DNA from: Syntrophales bacterium | GTDB taxonomy: Bacteria > Desulfobacterota > Syntrophia > Syntrophales > UBA6807 | Direction: 5' to 3' | Assembly: GCA_040767195.1 (NCBI GenBank) | Contig: JAXGPA010000004.1 | Span: forward strand, 128,001 to 192,000 | Length of the DNA stretch: 64,000 bases | Shown here: one piece after another, positions 59,544 to 64,000 of the stretch | How positions within the stretch are numbered: the first letter of the stretch is position 1 | Layout: each line of letters begins with the position of its first letter | Notes under the pieces: model-generated | Seen by the model: the letters and a program-made list of their open reading frames with translations, nothing else | Told to the model about the DNA's origin: nothing | Database searches by the model: none | Translations under genes and position numbers: made by a program

Positions 59544-61364
59544 TCACCGGTGGAACATCCTGTCCAGTTCCTTCCGGCCCAGGAAAACGATCACCGGTCT
59601 TCCGTGGGGGCAGGTGGACGCCGAGGGGGTTTCATCCATTTCCCTGAGCAGGGCCTTCACCTCCTCTTCCGCCAGGGGGGAACCGGCCTTTACGGCGCCC
59701 CGGCAGGCCAGGAACCTGAAACACTTTTCCTTCAGAGCGTCGAGCCGTTCCGCCCCGCCGACTTCGGACAGCGTTTCCAGGAGTTCCGGGAAAACGTTCT
59801 TCACCTCCCCCGGGGACAGGATCCCGGGACAGGATCTCAGGAGAACCGTCGAGCCCCCGTATGGCTCTGCGGAAATGCCGAGTTCGGCCAGATCCTCGCG
59901 GTGATTTTCAAAGATCCCGTACTGCCCGGGGGTGAGGCAGACGACCTCGGGAATGAGGAACCCCTGGACCTCTTCCTTTTTCCCGTGCCGCTTCTTCATT
60001 TTTTCGAAAAGGACCCGCTCGTGGGCGGCGTGCTGATCCAGGAGAACGATCCCCCGGGGAGACAGCAGGACCAGGAAGGCCCCGTCGAACTGCCCCAGGT
60101 AGCGGAGAGACCCGTAGGAAAGCGGCGGCGTCCCCTCTTCCGCCTCATCGCCTGGCCGTTCAGGGCCCAGCCCCTTCATCTGCCCCTCTTCCACGGAAAA
60201 GAGCCCCGCCTGCAGGCGGGGACGGAGGGAATACCGCCTGGCCGTGCCTCGCCCCGTCTCCGGGAAGAAAGGGGCGGGTTTTTTTTCTTTTTCCGTCTCC
60301 CTTTCCCATATCGGGGAAACGCCCCCGTGCGGGGAGGTGAGACGGGAGAGGGCCGATGACAGGGCCTCGGCGACGACCGGGTATACCTGCCGGGGATCCC
60401 TGAAGCGCACTTCCAGCTTGGCGGGATGGACGTTGACATCCACTTCTTCGTGAGGCACGGTGAGAAAGAGAAACAACAACGGGTAGCGCCTGGGTTCGAT
60501 GCGGTTTCTCAAGGCGGCGAAAACGGCGCCCGACAGAAGGCTGTCCCGGACCGGCCGGTTGTTGACGGCGAAATACATGGCCCGGGCGCTGGACCGGGTG
60601 TGCCCGGGCAGGGACACGTATCCCGCCACTTCCATTTCACCTGCCCTTCCCCGGAAAGGAACGTGTTTCTCGTGGAAATCCCTGCCGAAAAGAAGACACA
60701 GGCGGTCCGCCAGGCCCGTGTCGCCGGGAAGGGAAAGGAGTTCCCGGCCGCCGGCGACAAAGGAGAAGCGCACGTCCGGATGGCACAGGGCGAGGCCCGT
60801 GACGGCGTCTAAGCATTGGGCCTGTTCCGTCGCTTCTTTTTTCAGGAACTTTCTGCGGGCGGGTACAAAACGGAAAAGATCGGCCACCCGGACAATGGTC
60901 CCCTCGGGGCAGCCCGTTTCCTGGACCTCCTTGAAAACGCCGCCCTCGATGACAATCCGGGTACCTGAGACACCCCCCCGCTCACGGGTGATCATTTCGA
61001 CCCGGGAAACGGCGGCGATGCTTGGAAGGGCTTCTCCGCGAAAGCCGAAGGAGCGTATCCGGGACATCTCCTCGGCCGTGTAAATTTTGCTCGTGGCATG
61101 ACGCTCGAAGGCGAGGACGGCGTCTTCCCGGTTCATCCCCCAGCCGTCGTCGGCGACGCGGATGGATTCCACTCCCCCTTTTTCGATTTCCACGGCGATG
61201 TCCGCCGCTCCCGCATCGAGGGCGTTTTCCACCAGTTCCTTCACCACCGACGCGGGACGGCCGACCACCTCCCCGGCAGCGATCTGGTTGACGAGAGTCC
61301 CGGGCATGACGGCGATCCTTCGTTTTGCCGTCCCGTCTCCCTTTTCCGTAGCCCGATGATCCAT
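59544..61364 (-). CDS. mutL: DNA mismatch repair endonuclease MutL
   Basis: NQIAAGEVV, VKELVENALDAGA, HATSKI, GFRGEAL, DVNVHPAK, DQHAAHER, ACR, CPHGRP. Confidence 0.96.
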   Translation of the reverse strand: MDHRATEKGDGTAKRRIAVMPGTLVNQIAAGEVVGRPASVVKELVENALDAGAADIAVEIEKGGVESIRVADDGWGMNREDAVLAFERHATSKIYTAEEMSRIRSFGFRGEALPSIAAVSRVEMITRERGGVSGTRIVIEGGVFKEVQETGCPEGTIVRVADLFRFVPARRKFLKKEATEQAQCLDAVTGLALCHPDVRFSFVAGGRELLSLPGDTGLADRLCLLFGRDFHEKHVPFRGRAGEMEVAGYVSLPGHTRSSARAMYFAVNNRPVRDSLLSGAVFAALRNRIEPRRYPLLFLFLTVPHEEVDVNVHPAKLEVRFRDPRQVYPVVAEALSSALSRLTSPHGGVSPIWERETEKEKKPAPFFPETGRGTARRYSLRPRLQAGLFSVEEGQMKGLGPERPGDEAEEGTPPLSYGSLRYLGQFDGAFLVLLSPRGIVLLDQHAAHERVLFEKMKKRHGKKEEVQGFLIPEVVCLTPGQYGIFENHREDLAELGISAEPYGGSTVLLRSCPGILSPGEVKNVFPELLETLSEVGGAERLDALKEKCFRFLACRGAVKAGSPLAEEEVKALLREMDETPSASTCPHGRPVIVFLGRKELDRMFHR

Positions 61365-61395
61365 CGGTTCGTCCCGTTTGTTCTTCCCGAAAAAA

Positions 61396-61431
61396 GGGCC
61401 GCAGCCTTTCACTGCCTAAAGGCTGCGGCCC
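61396..61431 (-). terminator. Intrinsic terminator upstream of mutL
   Basis: GGGCCGCAGCCTTT-N8-AAAGGCTGCGGCCC followed by a T-run on the minus strand. Confidence 0.7.
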
Positions 61432-61487
61432 CTGCTTATCGTCTTTTCAATTCCAGGCTGACAAAACCCGTCAAAAACCGGTAAAGA

Positions 61488-62438
61488 TCAGTCGAGCACG
61501 ATCATGACCCGGCACTTTTTCATGAAAGTGAGATTTTCCGCCGAAGCCCGGATCTGGTTCGCATCGGCATTCGAAATGGTGATATTCGATTTTCCGGACC
61601 CTTCCGCCTTCAGGGCCTTCACCGTAACGGGGTTATTCGTCACCCGCTGGTTCGTCTGGGCGGCGTTCAAGTCCCTGGCATACCCGCTGATTCCCTGCTG
61701 GACCGCGTACTCCCGGTCCACCACCATGGACCCGTACACTTCCTGGCCGCTTTCATCGAGAATCTTCGGGGACATGGCCGGCCGGGCCCCGACACCCCGG
61801 GCGTCCACCACCATGCCCGTGTAGACTACCGCGGGCTGAACCGTCGATGCCGCCGGAGCCTGGGGGGCCGGCGCAGCGGGGGCCGCCGGAACCTGCGGGG
61901 CCGCCGGGGCCTGCGGCGCGCTGTAGGGAACCGCAGGGGCCTGAGGGACAATGGCGGGAACGGACTGGATGACCGTGGGATAGATCACCTGGGTCAGGCC
62001 GCCGTTCAAGTTCATGCGAACGGTCACCTCCACCGTCCCGTCGGAGAGGTAGTCCGTTTTGACGATCTGGGCCCCTCTGACCATCCCTTCCACCTGGGTC
62101 CGGATGATGTCGCTTTCCACGGCGAAATCCTTGACGGTCGTTTCTGAATTGACCCGGACGCCCTGGGTGACTTCGAGAAGTTTCCTGTAGGCGTCGGCCG
62201 TGGCGGCCCGCATGGCCATGGGACGGGCCTGGGGTTTTCCGTAAAAACGCTCGGGAGGCGCGCCGATGCCGACGGCGTCAATCGTTCCGGTTGTCCAGTT
62301 GACGCTTCCCGACGCCCCGATCATTTCCACATACTGGCCCCCTCCGGCCGTTTGAGCGGCCGCCGTCGCGGCTGCCGCAAACAGGAACAGCAGAGACAAC
62401 GTGACGACAATCGGCAGCATTCCTTTCTTTCTCATCAT
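61488..62438 (-). CDS. Exported LPP20-like protein with Pro/Ala-rich linker
   Basis: Signal peptide; VNWTTG...AMRAATADAYRKLLE...GVRVNSETTV...VRGAQIV; APQAPA repeats; YTGMVVDARG...PAMSPKILDE. Confidence 0.65.
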   Translation of the reverse strand: MMRKKGMLPIVVTLSLLFLFAAAATAAAQTAGGGQYVEMIGASGSVNWTTGTIDAVGIGAPPERFYGKPQARPMAMRAATADAYRKLLEVTQGVRVNSETTVKDFAVESDIIRTQVEGMVRGAQIVKTDYLSDGTVEVTVRMNLNGGLTQVIYPTVIQSVPAIVPQAPAVPYSAPQAPAAPQVPAAPAAPAPQAPAASTVQPAVVYTGMVVDARGVGARPAMSPKILDESGQEVYGSMVVDREYAVQQGISGYARDLNAAQTNQRVTNNPVTVKALKAEGSGKSNITISNADANQIRASAENLTFMKKCRVMIVLD

Positions 62439-62600
62439 CTCCTCCTTTACCTCCTTTGCAGTCCCAAAAGATTTCATTTCTTTATGATTTCATGAATAAC
62501 GTTTTTCCCTGCCCCTCATTTAATGTTTTTTTTCTCCCCTCTGTCAACGAAAAAATGCGGCCTGACACGCCGCGAACGACGGAAGATCCAAAAAAAGCAT

Positions 62601-63455
62601 TCACTTGTACTTCTTCAGATAGTAGCTTGCCGCCTTGTTCCCCGGCTGTACGGAGAGCATCTTCTTCCAGTACTGGACCGCTTCCTCCGTTTTTCCCTCT
62701 CCGTGAAGCCTGAGGGCCGTGTCCCCGTAAACCTTCGCCAGGTTCGAGGGGGCGTCCCGGTCTTTCGGATTGACTTTCATGACCTCCCGCCACTGGGCGA
62801 TGGCCTCGTCCTTTTTTCCCTGGTTGTAGAGAATCCACCCCCTGTCGTTCATGGCGTTCGTGTGGCTGGGCTTGAGGGCGATGGTCCTTTCATATTCCAG
62901 AAGGGCATTGTAGACCATGTCGAGGCTGCTGAAGGCCAGGCCCAGGCGGTAGTGGGTTTCCGGTTCCTCCGAATCGGCGTCCCGGGCCTTTTTGAGAAAT
63001 TCGATGGCTTTCACGGGGTTGTGCCGGATGTTGTAGATGGTGCCTATGAAATAATAGGCCTCGGCGTTGGCCGGGTCCAGGGAGATCACCTCCCGGAACT
63101 TGGCGAACCCCCGGTCCAGGTCGTTTTTCTGGAGATAGAGGTACCCCAGCCAGAGGTGGGCATAGGTGTTCCGGTAGTCGATCTCCACGACCCTGGAGAA
63201 TTCCCCGAAGGCCTCGTCGAACCGCTCCTTCTTGGCGTACAGCGTCCCGAGCTGGTTGTGGGCGTACTCGTTTTCGGGAGCGAGGCGCAGGGCTTCCCGG
63301 AATTTGTCGATGGCCTCATCCACCCGGCCCCGGAAGTGAAGATCCGCCCCCTCGAAGAGAAGATCGTTCACGTCGGCGGAAAAGGCGGGAAAAGCCGCGA
63401 GGAGAAGGAAAACCAGGCCTGCGAGGATCACCGGCGGACGGGGGCGTCTCTTCAT
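62601..63455 (-). CDS. Exported tetratricopeptide repeat protein
   Basis: Signal peptide and successive 34-aa TPR units (AHNQLG, AHLWLG, AYYFIG, THYRLG). Confidence 0.85.
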   Translation of the reverse strand: MKRRPRPPVILAGLVFLLLAAFPAFSADVNDLLFEGADLHFRGRVDEAIDKFREALRLAPENEYAHNQLGTLYAKKERFDEAFGEFSRVVEIDYRNTYAHLWLGYLYLQKNDLDRGFAKFREVISLDPANAEAYYFIGTIYNIRHNPVKAIEFLKKARDADSEEPETHYRLGLAFSSLDMVYNALLEYERTIALKPSHTNAMNDRGWILYNQGKKDEAIAQWREVMKVNPKDRDAPSNLAKVYGDTALRLHGEGKTEEAVQYWKKMLSVQPGNKAASYYLKKYK

Positions 63456-64000
63456 GATATCCCCCGAAAGACGGCGTCGGCGATTTTATCGAGAAAAGCG
63501 GGCTTCTTCAACTTGTCCTCGTCCTCGGGATTGGAAATGAACCCCGTTTCGAGCAGGATGGCCGGCATCCGGGCCCTGCGAAGAACGAAGAAGTTGGCCG
63601 AATTGACGCCCCGGCTCCGAAAGGGCAGGTCCTCCTTGAACTTGGCTTGAAATGTTTCCGCGAATCGGCCGCTTTCCTTCCAGTTCATGCGCTGCTCGAA
63701 ATAAAAAAGAAGTTCTTCTATGCTGAAGAAACCTTCTTCTTTCTTGAATTCCTCGTCGTACTTCAGGACCGAGTTTTCGAATTCCGCGAGCCGGGCCGCT
63801 TCGGCGTTGGAGGCTTTCTCGGCGCAGAAGTAGGTTTCCGAACCGTGGGCCTTCCGGTTTTCGTTGGCGTTGATGTGCAGGCTGACAAACAGGTCGGCCT
63901 GGTACTGGTTGGCGATGGCCGTCCGGTCGCTCAGGGGAATGTAATAGTCCGCCGTCCGGGTCAGGAAGGACTTCACCCGGCCCGCTGACTCCAGCCGGCG
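63452..64000 (-). CDS. N-acetylmuramoyl-L-alanine amidase (Amidase_3), 5' truncated by window edge
   Basis: LTRTADYYIPLSDRTAIAN, ADLFVSLHINA, FFVLRRARMPAILLETGFISN. Confidence 0.92.
   Translation of the reverse strand, partial: RRLESAGRVKSFLTRTADYYIPLSDRTAIANQYQADLFVSLHINANENRKAHGSETYFCAEKASNAEAARLAEFENSVLKYDEEFKKEEGFFSIEELLFYFEQRMNWKESGRFAETFQAKFKEDLPFRSRGVNSANFFVLRRARMPAILLETGFISNPEDEDKLKKPAFLDKIADAVFRGIS

Noticed and set aside
61850..61960. GC-rich short repeats as a DNA repeat element
   Set aside because: They simply encode the APQAPA Pro/Ala linker of the LPP20-like protein.

Overview
GC-rich chromosomal window from an anaerobic bacterium. Gene content and order (valS-nadC-birA-coaX, fdhE, selenocysteine FDHs) suggest Desulfobacterota/Syntrophales, which is an inference. 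The main feature is a ~30 kb formate / Mo-W region (6.2-36 kb). It holds three formate dehydrogenase alpha genes, each split in the ORF track at an in-frame active-site UGA followed by a SECIS-like hairpin: two are cytoplasmic with no adjacent NADH-binding subunits, and one is a Tat-exported FdnGHI with fdhE. It also holds a formate channel operon with three uncharacterised small or membrane proteins, an acetylene-hydratase-like molybdopterin enzyme with an atypical Fe-S motif, modABC, an FmdE-MoeA-like fusion and a sensor-less ModE. A recurring TATGYY-N6-RRCATA palindrome sits in most of these promoters. Also present: a TetR-RND efflux operon, a ~306 bp AT-rich element bounded by inverted repeats, decayed trkA and S24-repressor fragments, tRNA-fMet with a small AT-richer islet, speB-pdaD, a large Ig/BACON-type surface protein, and core genes (dprA, topA, trmFO, coaX, birA, nadC, valS, miaA, mutL, amidase). 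All family calls come from motif recognition; no database searches were run.
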